Source of the DNA: Candidatus Krumholzibacteriota bacterium
Lineage (GTDB): Bacteria; Krumholzibacteriota; Krumholzibacteriia; JAJRXK01
Reading direction: 5' to 3'
NCBI GenBank assembly: GCA_963806035.1
Contig: CAWDWO010000031.1
Location: 40,777 to 104,776 of the forward strand
DNA length: 64,000 bases
Shown here: one piece after another, positions 48,901-60,130 of the stretch
Layout: every line of letters begins with the position of its first letter
Position numbering within the stretch: the first letter of the stretch is position 1
Program-made: the position numbers and the translations under genes
Notes under the pieces: generated by a model
Database searches by the model: none
What the model was told of the DNA's origin: nothing
The model's input: the letters and a program-made list of their open reading frames with translations, nothing else

Positions 48901-49698
48901 GACCATCTGATAGTGCTCACGAGCGGCCTGAGGCGCTTCCCGCGTGCGCAGCAGCTCCGCGGAGCGAAGGAGGCCAAAGGCCCCCACGATCTCGGCCGGA
49001 TAGCTCGAGTGCACGGCGTCGAAGTGCGCAATGGCCAGACTATCGTCCCCCGCCTTCTGCGCCAGAACTCCGAGGTCGAAGCGAGCCCGCGCCGCCAGCG
49101 GAGGAGCCGCGCGGCCGCCCACCAGAGCACGGAGCAGACCCTTGGCCTGTTCGTCCTGGTCCTGCGCCATGACCGACTCCGCCAGCCCCAAGCGCGCGGC
49201 ATCGGCTTGATCGCTGGCGGGAAAGGAGCTGAGCAGACTGCGATAGGCCTCGGCGGCTTCCTGATCGCGGTGTCCTTCCGCCAGGAGTGCCCCCTTCTCC
49301 AGCAGCGCATTGGGAGCTTGAGCTGAGGAAGGAAAATGCTGCAGGAGCTGGTCGTAAGCCTGAAGGGCTGCGAGCGGCTGACTCAGGTGCCGATAGATGC
49401 CCGCCGCCTGCATGAGCGCGGACGCGGCCCGGGAATCCTCGGGGTAGTTCTTGGCGAACTCGAGCAGTTGGCGCGCCGCCACGTCCTCCATGCCGTCGTC
49501 CCGTAGCTTCTTCACGAACTGCCAATCGCGATCGGCGTTCAGCGAAGCGGGGCCGGCGGCTTGGGATTGACTGGTACCGTGCGCGGGAGTCGCGCCGATT
49601 TGAGCCGGGTCTTGCGCGACCGCGGCAGAGGCGGAGAGAAACAGGAGCAGCAAGCCGGTAGCCAGACCGGTTGCTCTGATGGACAGGGTCGAAGACAT
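45895..49698 (-). CDS. Giant secreted tetratricopeptide-repeat protein (~1267 aa, BamD/CpoB-like repeats)
   Basis: GGAGG RBS, ATG 49698, signal peptide ..ASAAVA-Q; recurrent Y/F-P-x-S turns between helical pairs. Confidence 0.85.
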   Translation of the reverse strand: MSSTLSIRATGLATGLLLLFLSASAAVAQDPAQIGATPAHGTSQSQAAGPASLNADRDWQFVKKLRDDGMEDVAARQLLEFAKNYPEDSRAASALMQAAGIYRHLSQPLAALQAYDQLLQHFPSSAQAPNALLEKGALLAEGHRDQEAAEAYRSLLSSFPASDQADAARLGLAESVMAQDQDEQAKGLLRALVGGRAAPPLAARARFDLGVLAQKAGDDSLAIAHFDAVHSSYPAEIVGAFGLLRSAELLRTREAPQAAREHYQMVIQKYSDPYLHARANLGLAILDEAAQSWKQAAKRYREVADRGGTPEQIQRALLGLGECELRSDNYDSARDAANAYLKKYPDAAGTSHARLILARADARQNKEGAEQELLSLASSPDSTVAYRALSSLATLVESAKQVDQKEHERARLLWQRAASVAPGDSLRSLAWANAAQITSRALARHALAADLYREAAAAQPQSEMQAQYLLSQVRELRAAGQKDEARQVAEGLIRQHPTSEQAADLRLQLELDARRVQKQPDEAVRRLSQLALTPEENESLRRMKVGTVLRDVAGDAAAAAKVFEELSAAASDSLGAARASLELGKCRQQLALQAKLDSATDTSWKEQWSAARKAYARAVELAPSGTTKSAAQTALLKLELSERAQAPAPPLFDAEHTPLLGGYGAQEGLDLGQSAWTALGAKMRLALKQKSANEARVWLLWRAAELSTDLPDSQRIVWLKEGLAQKPEPLRDQTLRYALAWLYHQQDKDELAAAELRRIMDAQDAGNLAAAARYLMAEIQRGQQHYAAAKTLYESYARTFPSSQLGQRSLLLAGDMALYGGDPDAAATLYHALLQRYQDGVYTDDANYRLATAQMRRGRIEDARRRFQALAAQTSNSRYAGRSLLKISQLESSAGHDSLATDALTRLSELDPQLAQKEDVFRRLAELQLERNRPEAALRWLDRFQEDPVTARTLALRIRALAMAAKLKAAAEELKKLSEGYPQAGSLVPQARLDLADAELEQGRADDALELYQMVEKEPVTKELLSRAKYGEGMYMLKAQRFDDASTAFKSAAAAASNSEWSAQALFKVANLAARDGDDEAARKAYQQLVDEYPNHPLKVKAMKGLAMSWRRLERYDKALEVYHSLLEEQADLPDAEQILSNIAYCYHESGRYELSIAAYQRVMPLLSEEDQAYGQFWIADSLEKLRRLDEAAAAYLKIPYLYPKSGQLPVTAQLKAAEVYQKMGELDAATKLYEKVIKQYGPKSQWGAEAVRRLDALQKEAKSSGS

Positions 49699-49718
49699 GA
49701 GTCCTCCAGCCAAGCTTC

Positions 49719-51017
49719 TCAGGGAGAGAGCCGATGAATCTGCCGCGGGAAGGGAATGGTCTCCCGCAAGTGCGGGACGCCCGCGATGTAAGTGACCATG
49801 CGCTCCAAACCCAGACCGAATCCGCCGTGCGGAAAGCTGCCGTAGCGGCGTAGATCGAGGTACCACTCGAACGCGCTTTGGGGAAGGCCGTGGGTCTCGA
49901 TCTGCCGCAGGAGAAAGTCCAGGTCGGCGCTTCGCTCTCCTCCGCCGATGATTTCTCCGTAGCCTTCGGGAGCCAAGAGATCCACCGAGAGGGAGAGACG
50001 GGGATCGGCCGGGTCCGGCGCCATGTAGAACGCCTTGATGGCAGCGGGAAAACGGTGCACGAAGAAGGGCCGATCGTGTTGTTCGGCCAGGTAGGACTCG
50101 TCGGGTGCCCCGAAGTCGCCCCCCCACTCGAATTCGATCCCACCGGCTTGGAGCATTTTCACTGCGTCGTCGTAATGGAGCCTGGGAAACGGGGCCTTCA
50201 CCGCCTCCAACTTGCTCAGATCGCGTTCGAGCACATCCGCCAGCAACTCGCCTCTTTCCTCGAGCACTCGTTGTACCACGTAACAGACGAAACGTTCCTC
50301 GAGTTCCATCACTTCGTCCAGCCGGGCAAAGGCGATCTCGGGTTCGACCATCCAGAATTCGGTCAAATGGCGCCGGGTCTTGCTGCGCTCGGCCCGGAAG
50401 GTGGGACCGAAGCAATAGGCTTTGCCGAAAGCGGCCGCAGCCGCCTCCATGTAGAGCTGTCCGCTTTGGGTGAGATAGGCCTTGTCACCGAAGTACTCGG
50501 TCTCGAAGAGCGTGCTCGTTCCCTCACAGGCGTTCGGCGTGAAGATCGGCGCATCGATGAGAGTGAAACCCTCTCCATCGAAGAAATCCCGAATCGCGGT
50601 GATCACACTGTGACGCACCTTCATGAGCGCATGCTGCTTCTTGCTGCGCAACCAGAGATGCCGATGATCCATGAGGAACGAGGTGCCGTGTTCCTTGGGT
50701 GTAATCGGATAGTTCTCGCTCGCTCCGATGATTTTCAATGAACTCAATTGCATCTCGAAGCCGCCCGGAGCGCGCTCATCGGCAGTGACCGTTCCCTCGA
50801 TCTCGACCGCCGTTTCCTGACTGAGATTCAACGCCGTCTCGAAGAGTTCCGCGGGCAGATCCGCCTTGGCTGCCACCACCTGGAGAAGTCCGGTGCCATC
50901 GCGCAGGACGATGAACACCAACTTCTTCATGGCTCTGAGGTGATAGATCCAGCCCCTGACGAGGGCGCTCTGGCCCTCACTCTCGGCGATCTCACTGATC
51001 CAACGCTGAGCTTGCAT
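49719..51017 (-). CDS. asnS: Asparagine--tRNA ligase
   Basis: [49 protein letters not shown]. Start at ATG 51017. Confidence 0.96.
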   Translation of the reverse strand: MQAQRWISEIAESEGQSALVRGWIYHLRAMKKLVFIVLRDGTGLLQVVAAKADLPAELFETALNLSQETAVEIEGTVTADERAPGGFEMQLSSLKIIGASENYPITPKEHGTSFLMDHRHLWLRSKKQHALMKVRHSVITAIRDFFDGEGFTLIDAPIFTPNACEGTSTLFETEYFGDKAYLTQSGQLYMEAAAAAFGKAYCFGPTFRAERSKTRRHLTEFWMVEPEIAFARLDEVMELEERFVCYVVQRVLEERGELLADVLERDLSKLEAVKAPFPRLHYDDAVKMLQAGGIEFEWGGDFGAPDESYLAEQHDRPFFVHRFPAAIKAFYMAPDPADPRLSLSVDLLAPEGYGEIIGGGERSADLDFLLRQIETHGLPQSAFEWYLDLRRYGSFPHGGFGLGLERMVTYIAGVPHLRETIPFPRQIHRLSP

Positions 51018-51073
51018 CTGCGTTTCCTCCCCCGAGTTCTCCGCCGGCCGAGCGCCTCTGCGCGGAACGCAGG

Positions 51074-51102
51074 AGTATAGGACCTCGTCCCGACGGCGAC
51101 AA
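51074..51102 (-). promoter_or_regulatory. Putative sigma70 promoter of asnS
   Basis: TTGTCG, 17 bp spacer, TATACT. Confidence 0.55.
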
Positions 51103-51287
51103 CCGCCCCTCCCGCCCGGCGGCTCTCGCAGCGCGAATTGCGAGCCTGCCGGCCCCAGCGGCGGCGAATTCGAGCCTCTGGAGCCCCTGGACCCGCCGCG
51201 CGGGACGGCACAATCCTTGCGGAGAAACCGCAGGGTACCCGTGTCAACGAGGATCCCTCGAAAACCACGCAGCCAAGAGGCGCGCAC

Positions 51288-53210
51288 GTGAATCGATCCC
51301 TGGGGAGTTTTGGACGTCTGGGAATGGACCATCGACTGCGAGGGGCGCTCGTCTGCCTTCTCCTGCTCGTGCTGTTCCTTGGCCCTCAGCTGGCGCGGGC
51401 GGCGGGCAAAAATTTGCCAGCCAAAGCGGACTCCTCGGAGGAGACGCAGGACCAACCCGACTGGGTGCCGATCATCCAGGCTTGGGCCCAAAGGCCGATG
51501 GAATCGCGTTTGCTGCTGCGCGAGGGGGACTTGGCGCGCGAGGAGGGCAAGAACTCCGTGGCCGAGGAGAGGCTGGATCGCGCCACCCTGGCCGATGCCA
51601 GCAATGCCGGCGCCTGGTTCGCCCTGGCCCGGGTTCATCTGGCGGATTCCAACCCGGCGTTTCTGACGGACCTTCTGGAAGGCAGCCAGGCCAGTCTGCG
51701 CAGCTTCGCGCACCAGAGCCGTTTGGCGGCCAATCTGCTCTTGAGCACGGATCTCATCCTGGCGGCCAGTTTCCTGTGGATTCTCCTCATCCTGCTTCTG
51801 CGCTATCTGCCCTTTCTGCACCATCAGATCCGCGGGCTGACCCAGGGACCGGGCCATCTGGAAGGCAGCGGCCTCTTGCTCTGGATCCCGGTGACCGCTC
51901 CCCTCCTCTTGTGCCTGGGGGTGGTGCCCAGCCTCTGTGCGGGCTCGCTCATCGTCTGGCTCTACGGGGGAAGACGAGCACGCGTGGTGGTGACGGTGTT
52001 TCTGCTCTTTTTCTCGGCGCAGGGCTTCCTGGGCGCCTTCTCCACCCCCTTGGTGGGTTTGCGGGAAACCAGCCGCAGCAGTTTGGTCCAGCGCGCGACC
52101 CACGAGAGCCCCAGTCCCGCGCTGCAAAATGACCTGGACCAGGCCCTCACGAAGAATCCCGAGGATGCCGACCTTCTCTTCGCGCGTGGCCTTGTGTACG
52201 CGCGTCAGGCGCGATTCGACGAGAGCGCGCGAGATTTCCAGAAGGTTCTCAAACTGCGTCCCAAAGACCCGATGGCCGTGAACAACCTGGCGAACGATCA
52301 CTATTTCCGCGGAGACTACGACCGGGCGGTCGCCGGATACCAACACAGCGCGGCTCTGGATTCACTGCAGGGCTCGACGCATTACAATCTGGCGCAGGCG
52401 TACATCAAGAAGCTCTTCTTCAAGGAGAGCGGAGAGCACATGCAGCTGGCTTCGCGGGCCGGATTCGAGTTGGGAACCGGTGGAGTACGCTTGCCCACTG
52501 GTGCGGTGTACTACCAGTCGCCCGGCAGTTGGGACTCCTGGCTCATGGCCTGGCACGAAAAGAAGACACTTCTGCCTCTGGACTTCTTGGCGCCATGGCG
52601 CAAGTGGCTCGGAGTTCCCCCCGATCAAATTCACTTCTGGTTGGCCTTGACCCTGGTGCTCAGCCTGCTTCTGATGAAGATCTTCCCGCGCGAGAAACTC
52701 GTTTACGAATGCGCGAACTGCGGCCGCTTGAGCTGCGCTCGCTGCAGTGGAGAACACGAGGGGAACGTGTTCTGCCCGGCCTGTCACGGAACCGCCCGCA
52801 GGGCCAGATCCGAAATGGTGCTGAGCACCTTACTGAGAAATCGTCGCCGGTCGACAGAATTCACCTTCCGCTCCAGGGTACGCCGACTCAACAACTGGTC
52901 CATCGGGGCCGGTGAGCTCTACTCCGGCTTGCGGAAGCGTGGCCTGGTGCTGACGCTCCTGAGCGCCTGGTGCATCTTCGGCATGGTCTTCCCCTCCGGG
53001 CTCTTGAACGACCCCTGGCGGCCCGTCGCCCCACTCCCCCTGCTGGCGTGGCCCAGGCTCCTCGGGGCCGCCGGCCTGCTGCTTCTGTATCTCTACTCCC
53101 GTTTCGGCCGCTCGAGCTGGCGCAGCCGGAGCTTCCACCTTCATCCTGCGAGCATGGTGCGGCTGGCCGATCTCATGGACAGTCGCGGCGAAAAGCAGAT
53201 GAGAGCCTGA
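51288..53210 (+). CDS. Multi-TM membrane protein with TPRs and a Cys-rich zinc finger (start 51288 or 51324)
   Basis: Signal/TM helix; TPRs ([29 protein letters not shown]); CxxC-x4-CxxC-x9-CxxC. Confidence 0.8.
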   Translation: MNRSLGSFGRLGMDHRLRGALVCLLLLVLFLGPQLARAAGKNLPAKADSSEETQDQPDWVPIIQAWAQRPMESRLLLREGDLAREEGKNSVAEERLDRATLADASNAGAWFALARVHLADSNPAFLTDLLEGSQASLRSFAHQSRLAANLLLSTDLILAASFLWILLILLLRYLPFLHHQIRGLTQGPGHLEGSGLLLWIPVTAPLLLCLGVVPSLCAGSLIVWLYGGRRARVVVTVFLLFFSAQGFLGAFSTPLVGLRETSRSSLVQRATHESPSPALQNDLDQALTKNPEDADLLFARGLVYARQARFDESARDFQKVLKLRPKDPMAVNNLANDHYFRGDYDRAVAGYQHSAALDSLQGSTHYNLAQAYIKKLFFKESGEHMQLASRAGFELGTGGVRLPTGAVYYQSPGSWDSWLMAWHEKKTLLPLDFLAPWRKWLGVPPDQIHFWLALTLVLSLLLMKIFPREKLVYECANCGRLSCARCSGEHEGNVFCPACHGTARRARSEMVLSTLLRNRRRSTEFTFRSRVRRLNNWSIGAGELYSGLRKRGLVLTLLSAWCIFGMVFPSGLLNDPWRPVAPLPLLAWPRLLGAAGLLLLYLYSRFGRSSWRSRSFHLHPASMVRLADLMDSRGEKQMRA

Positions 53211-53223
53211 CGAGGTAGGCCCG

Positions 53224-54306
53224 ATGGCACTGGAAGGCCGTCTCAATGATTTCACGCTGGAAGAGATTCTCCAGCTGATCGCTCTTCAACAGAAGACCGG
53301 GGTTTTGACTGTCGAAGCCTCCTATCCCATGGTGCTTTATTTCGAGGGCGGGGAGCTCGTCGGCTATCGAGACCGGCGCGGCGCCGCCCCCGATCCGCTC
53401 CGGGCCTATCTGAAGAGCTACGGCTTCTTCACCGCGGAGAACTGGGAACATCTCAAGTTCATCCAAAGCAACAGCGGGCTCGATTTCACCGAGATCATCA
53501 TCAATGAAGGCCACATGAGCCCGGAGGAGTTGCTGCGAGTCCAACACGATGTGGCGCAGGAGCACATTTTCAAGGGAATGCTGCTGCGCGACGGCCGCTA
53601 CCACTTCCAATCCGGCCGCGAGTTGCTGCATGGGATTCGGGCTCGCGTCCGGGTCAAGGTGGAGGGCCTTCTCATGGAGGCCGCTCGCCGCATCGACGAG
53701 ATCGCCACCCTCGAAGAGCGCTATTTCGATGGCGACGTACGAGTAAAAAGAACGGATAAGAGCACCGAGGGTCTTCCTCTCGGACACCGCCCGCTGAACG
53801 TGCTGCAAATCCTCGGCGAGGAAGCCACCGTAGGATTCGTGGAAGCCCGCGCGAAGATCTCGCACTTCGACGTGTTGCAAACTCTCGAGATGCTGCGCGA
53901 CCTGGGACTCATCCGAGTGCTCGACTTGCCGCAGGCCGCAGTGGACGAGGATGAACTGATCGTCGCGGAAGAAACTACTCGTCGCACTACGCTTTCCTCG
54001 GTGGTCCTGGTTCTGCTCTCTCTGGCGGTGCTCGCCGCGAGCTGGTGGCTCATGCCCATGCGCTCCTACGCGGAACGCAAAACTCCCGCGGTGGAGCGGG
54101 AGCAAGCCTTCAGGCAAGACGAAATGAAGAGTCGCGTGCAACACGCGCTCGAGCTGTATCACGCGGACAAATCGGAGTACCCCGCGAGCCTCAATGCTCT
54201 GAGAAAACCTCTCACGCTCGATCTCAGCTCGGACCAGCTGGCCCGCTTCCGCTACACGCGTGACGGGGCCGACCACTACCTGCTGGCATTCAAAGACCAA
54301 AAATAG
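53224..54306 (+). CDS. DUF4388 (PatA-N) domain protein with TM helix and pilin/GspG-like C-terminus
   Basis: MALEGRLNDFTLEEILQLIALQQKTGVL, LLMEAARRIDE; TM helix; ALELYHADKSEYPASLNAL. Confidence 0.85.
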   Translation: MALEGRLNDFTLEEILQLIALQQKTGVLTVEASYPMVLYFEGGELVGYRDRRGAAPDPLRAYLKSYGFFTAENWEHLKFIQSNSGLDFTEIIINEGHMSPEELLRVQHDVAQEHIFKGMLLRDGRYHFQSGRELLHGIRARVRVKVEGLLMEAARRIDEIATLEERYFDGDVRVKRTDKSTEGLPLGHRPLNVLQILGEEATVGFVEARAKISHFDVLQTLEMLRDLGLIRVLDLPQAAVDEDELIVAEETTRRTTLSSVVLVLLSLAVLAASWWLMPMRSYAERKTPAVEREQAFRQDEMKSRVQHALELYHADKSEYPASLNALRKPLTLDLSSDQLARFRYTRDGADHYLLAFKDQK

Positions 54307-55066
54307 CCGAGGCTCTCTTCAGCTTGGATCCGAGGCCCGCGTCAGGATTCCCTCGCAGGACGGAATCCAGCGAATCACCGCGCCGCAGGGGAACTCGCTG
54401 CAATGCGAAAAGGGGATCGACCTTCCCGCCCTTTACCGTGCCGAAGGCCAGGGAGAATCCGGCTCTGCGCGCGAGATCGGCCATTCGCTCGTCGGAAAAC
54501 GGCTCGGGATAGCGGAGGGCGACGGCCTCTTCGTGGAGTCGCCGCTCCAGCTCCCTGCGCGAGCGTATCAAGTCTCCGAATTCGACTTCAGGGGTCACTT
54601 GATGAAGTCCCACCGCCTCGAAGCCGGCGGACTGCACACGGACGCCCGCTCGCATCACGCTGCGCAGTTGGGACCAGCTGAGATGTCTCGTCTGTTGGCG
54701 GAGCGGTCCGAACCCCCGACTCGTCACCCGTCCGACCAAAGCGATGGGCAAGAAGAGCACCGAGGGGATCTTGCGTTCTTGGAGGATGGGCAGTGTCGAA
54801 TCGAGAAAATCGACACCATCGTGATCGAAGCTGAGGAGAAGCCCGTCCGGCGCGTCGTTCAGGCCCTCCGCCGCGGCCCGAAATTGGTCCAGATCCAGGA
54901 AACGCCGCCCTGCAGCCAGCAGATCGTCCAGGATCTTTTCCAGGCAGGAGGCGGAGATGCACGAAGAAGCGAGACCGGTGTGCTCCAGCACGCGCGGGCA
55001 GGCAATGACGATGGGGATATTCGACGGCCTCAGCTCGGCCGCAGTGCGAACCGGATTCGACCTCAT
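54290..55066 (-). CDS. Polysaccharide deacetylase (CE4/NodB)-like protein with degenerate active site
   Basis: LLLSFDHDG..LPILQERKIPSVLFL..HLSWSQLR..SRRELERRL..LRYP..RRAGFSLAF. Confidence 0.75.
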   Translation of the reverse strand: MRSNPVRTAAELRPSNIPIVIACPRVLEHTGLASSCISASCLEKILDDLLAAGRRFLDLDQFRAAAEGLNDAPDGLLLSFDHDGVDFLDSTLPILQERKIPSVLFLPIALVGRVTSRGFGPLRQQTRHLSWSQLRSVMRAGVRVQSAGFEAVGLHQVTPEVEFGDLIRSRRELERRLHEEAVALRYPEPFSDERMADLARRAGFSLAFGTVKGGKVDPLFALQRVPLRRGDSLDSVLRGNPDAGLGSKLKRASAIFGL

Positions 55067-55308
55067 CTAGGGAGCCTCGATTTCAACACCGATCAAGAGC
55101 CGCTTGCACCCCCCCTCCCCTGGCAATCGAGAGGTTCGGGCACAGTTCGTGAGTGAGCGGTGACTTGATACGCCCAGGGCATATCTCGTTTTGTATCCTA
55201 CCACGAATCCCGGCTGCGAGCAAAGGAGACCGTTTGACGCCGGCGGCCTGTATGCTAGGCTGCCAGCAGGATCTCGGCCGTCCTTCACGCCCCAAGAGGA
55301 AACCGCCC

Positions 55309-56502
55309 ATGCACGCGCGCCCTTTCACCCCCCCTTCCCTCTCGTCGCCGGGCATCTTCGAACGACTTCGTGCAAGTTCCGCCGCCGCCCTGGCCGAGGG
55401 AAAGAGGGTCTTCGATCTGAGTCTCAATTGCCCGACCGGCGTGCTTCCCGCCCACGCGCTGAAAGCAATGCAGGATTGCCTGCAGCCGCGTCCCGGTTCG
55501 GCGCAACGAACGGTCCCGACCCGCGGAATCATGGAGTTGCGGGAGGCCGTCTCCCAGTGGTACGAGCGGCGCTTCACCGTACACCTCGATCCCAAGGCGG
55601 AGATCCTCGTCCGTTGCAGCGAAGTCGATGCGCTAGCGCTCGTGATGAGAAACTCGCTTCAGCCCGACGAGCTGGTGATTCTCCCCTCGCTGTGTCCACC
55701 GGCCTGGATCGCGGCCGCACAATGCGCGCGAGCGCGGATCGAGTTCCTCCCCCTTTCAGAAGAACATGATTGGTCGCCCCGTCTGGAGGACCTGGATGAG
55801 GAAGTTCTGCGCGAAGCCAAGCTCCTCTGTCTCGGCCATCCGCAGGACCCAACGGGCGCGGTGTGCGAGATCTCCCAGCTGCGGGAGCTGCTGGCCCTAT
55901 GCCGCGATCACGAGATCACTCTCGTCTCCGTGATCACTTGGAGCGAGTTCGCGCTCAGTGAAAAGCACTTGCCGAGTTCCATCTTCGAGCTCCCGGGAGC
56001 GCGTGAGGGCGCGCTCGAAATCTCCACCTTCGCCTGCAGCCACCGGCTCTGGGACTTCGGGCCCGCAATACTGGCGGGAGGCGCGGCGCGGATCGAGAGA
56101 CTGAGCGATCTGGCGAGCCACCTGGGAACGGACCCCGCCTATCTCTTGCAGAAGGCGACGGCCGCGGCCTATCTGGGAGACGATTCCTTCCTGGCCGAAC
56201 AGCGTGAATCCTTGCGCCGCCGGCAGAACCGGCTCTGCGCGGGACTCGCGTCGATGGGTTGGGAGCTTCAAGCATCGCCGGCGACGATTTTTCTCTGGGG
56301 AAGAATCCCGCCGAAGTGGGGTGAGGATGAGCTCGGATTCCAGGAGGAGGTCTTTCAGCGCAGCGGAGTGCTGATGGTGCCCGGCTCCGCCTTCGGACCC
56401 TCGGGGAAGGGCTTCGTGCGTCTCAGTGTCTGCCTGGATGAAGCGGGAATCGACGCCTGTCTCTCGCGGCTCGCGGAGAGTGGCGTGTTGGAAGACGCCT
56501 GA
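55309..56502 (+). CDS. Class I/II aminotransferase-fold protein (DapL/AlaC-like) lacking the PLP lysine
   Basis: DLSL.CP, GIMELREAVSQWYERRF..LDP..EI, PQDPTG, GVLMVPGSAFGPSGKGFVRLS; GAGGA RBS. Confidence 0.8.
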   Translation: MHARPFTPPSLSSPGIFERLRASSAAALAEGKRVFDLSLNCPTGVLPAHALKAMQDCLQPRPGSAQRTVPTRGIMELREAVSQWYERRFTVHLDPKAEILVRCSEVDALALVMRNSLQPDELVILPSLCPPAWIAAAQCARARIEFLPLSEEHDWSPRLEDLDEEVLREAKLLCLGHPQDPTGAVCEISQLRELLALCRDHEITLVSVITWSEFALSEKHLPSSIFELPGAREGALEISTFACSHRLWDFGPAILAGGAARIERLSDLASHLGTDPAYLLQKATAAAYLGDDSFLAEQRESLRRRQNRLCAGLASMGWELQASPATIFLWGRIPPKWGEDELGFQEEVFQRSGVLMVPGSAFGPSGKGFVRLSVCLDEAGIDACLSRLAESGVLEDA

Positions 56503-56515
56503 GATCTCGCGATTC

Positions 56516-56815
56516 CTACTTGCCGGGAACGCCCAACATGCCGCGGGTGAGCACGTCGGCCATCGTGAAACCGAAGAGAATCAGCATGAAGACGAGCCCG
56601 GTGGCGATGCCGAGACGAACCAGTGTGCTGGCGAACTTGACGTGCATGAAGAACCAGATGACGAGCGCGGCCTTCAGACAGGCGATGCCGATGGCCGCCA
56701 CGTTGTTCATGGCGCCCAGGTCCTGGTAAGCAACGAGGACCGTCAGCGCAGTCAGCGTCAGAAGCCCCAAGAGAACCAAGACGTTCGTCTTTCCCGATAC
56801 CACGTGGTGAATCAT
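56516..56815 (-). CDS. Cytochrome c oxidase subunit IV (caa3-type)
   Basis: LTLTALTV, KAALVIWFFMHVK. Confidence 0.9.
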   Translation of the reverse strand: MIHHVVSGKTNVLVLLGLLTLTALTVLVAYQDLGAMNNVAAIGIACLKAALVIWFFMHVKFASTLVRLGIATGLVFMLILFGFTMADVLTRGMLGVPGK

Positions 56816-56824
56816 GATTCGCTC

Positions 56825-57503
56825 CTAGTGATGTCTGCCCACTAAATACAGCAGGGGAAAGAGGAAGATCCAGATCAGGTCGACGAAGTGCCAGTAGAGT
56901 CCGACCACTCCCACCGGATCGTTGTAACCCTCGTTGAAGGTGCCCCGCATTGCGCGCACGACCAAAACGAGCACGAGTCCCACTCCGATCACCATGTGCA
57001 GGGCATGGAGCCCCGTCATCGCGAAGTAGAGATTGAAGAACATCTCCACGTGATGCGGGTTGCCGGCGCCGTGCCAAACGAAATCAGGGCCAGGCACCAG
57101 ATGCTCGTGGAACTTGACGGCGTACTCGTGCCCCTTGATGCCCAGAAAGACCACGCCGAGAAGCGCCGTCAAGAGCAGAGAGATCACCGTGCCCGCGCGC
57201 TGCCGCACTTGGGTGCATCGCACCGCCGTCGCCATGGTGAAGGAGCTGACGAGGAGCACCGCGGTGTTCGCGGTTCCCAGACGCACGTCCAGGTGGTAGC
57301 TCCCCGCGGCGAAGGAGTGCGGGTACAGAGTTCGATACAGAATGTAGGCCATGAAGAGCCCGCCGAAGAACATGATCTCCTGCACGATGAAGATCCACAT
57401 CCCCTGCTGGACGGCTTGACTCTGCTGTTCGGCGTCGCAGAAGTAATAGCGAACCTTTGGCTCTGCTCCACGGTGAGAGCTGGTTGGATCGATTGCGGTC
57501 AAC

Positions 57504-57520
<17 letters not shown>
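56825..57520 (-). CDS. ctaE: Cytochrome c oxidase subunit III
   Basis: [54 protein letters not shown]. Confidence 0.95.
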
Positions 57521-59153
<1,633 letters not shown>

Positions 59154-59156
59154 GGT

Positions 59157-60128
59157 CTATTCCCCGGATCCGTTTCCCGCTTTGCTCTCGGTGGCCGTCG
59201 AGTCACTGAGGGACTTGATGTACATGATGAGCTCTCGGAGTTCGTCCTCGCTGAGTTGCCCCTTGAAAGTGGGCATGATCGGTTGATAGCCCTGCACCAC
59301 CTTCGCCTGAGGGTTCATGATCGATTCACGGATGTATCCGTCGTCGAACTTCACCACATCGCCGTTGGTCAACTTCACGTCCTTGCCGTAGGCGTTTTGC
59401 AGATACGGCGCCCGCGCATTGGTATCCGCGCGGTGGCAAGTGATACACGACTTGTCCGAGAAAAGCTGTTTGCCGTTGCTGGCGATGCTCGTCTCGGGGA
59501 GACTGCCCTGGAGCCACTGCTCGTAGTCGTGCGGTTCCATGACGATGATGTGGCCAATCATCTTCGAGTGGCCGGCGCCGCAATATTCAGCGCAGAAGAG
59601 GTGGTAGGTCCCGACTTTCTTGGCCTGGAACCAGGCGGTGGTATAGCGGCCGGGAACCGCGTCCATCTTCACGCGGAACGCGGGCACGAAGAAGGAGTGA
59701 ATCACGTCCTCCGAGGTGATCGACACCTTGATCGGGGTGTTGACGGGAACGTGCAGGGTATTGATCTCCCGGTTGCCTTCCGGATGCTGGAACTTCCACA
59801 TCCAGCGTTTGCCGGTGCAATAGTATTCCACGGCATTGCTGGGAGGACGCGAGGCGGCGAAGAAGACCTTCGCTCCCCAGGCGAAGATGAAGAGCAGAAT
59901 GACCAGGGGAACGATAGTCCAGGTCAATTCGAGAACCGCGTATTCCCGGGTGGGCTTTCCGATGGAATCCTCGCGGCGCCTCTTGTAGCGGATCATGAAG
60001 AAGATGATCACCGCCGAGATCAACGCGATGAAGAAGACCGCCACCGCCAGGGTGAACAAGAAGACGGCATCCACCTGACCCGCGATGGTGGAAGCTCGCT
60101 CGGGGAAAAAGCGAAGGGACGCGAGCAT
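59157..60128 (-). CDS. ctaC: Cytochrome c oxidase subunit II with fused cytochrome c (caa3)
   Basis: DVIHSFFVP, CAEYCGAGHSKM (CuA), CITCH heme c. Confidence 0.96.
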   Translation of the reverse strand: MLASLRFFPERASTIAGQVDAVFLFTLAVAVFFIALISAVIIFFMIRYKRRREDSIGKPTREYAVLELTWTIVPLVILLFIFAWGAKVFFAASRPPSNAVEYYCTGKRWMWKFQHPEGNREINTLHVPVNTPIKVSITSEDVIHSFFVPAFRVKMDAVPGRYTTAWFQAKKVGTYHLFCAEYCGAGHSKMIGHIIVMEPHDYEQWLQGSLPETSIASNGKQLFSDKSCITCHRADTNARAPYLQNAYGKDVKLTNGDVVKFDDGYIRESIMNPQAKVVQGYQPIMPTFKGQLSEDELRELIMYIKSLSDSTATESKAGNGSGE

Positions 60129-60130
60129 GC

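Noticed and set aside
45895..52346. 1506-aa TPR ORF and 875-aa AsnS ORF as fusions or overlapping genes
   Set aside because: Extensions are stop-free alternative or antisense frames; RBS-supported starts are at 49698 and 51017.
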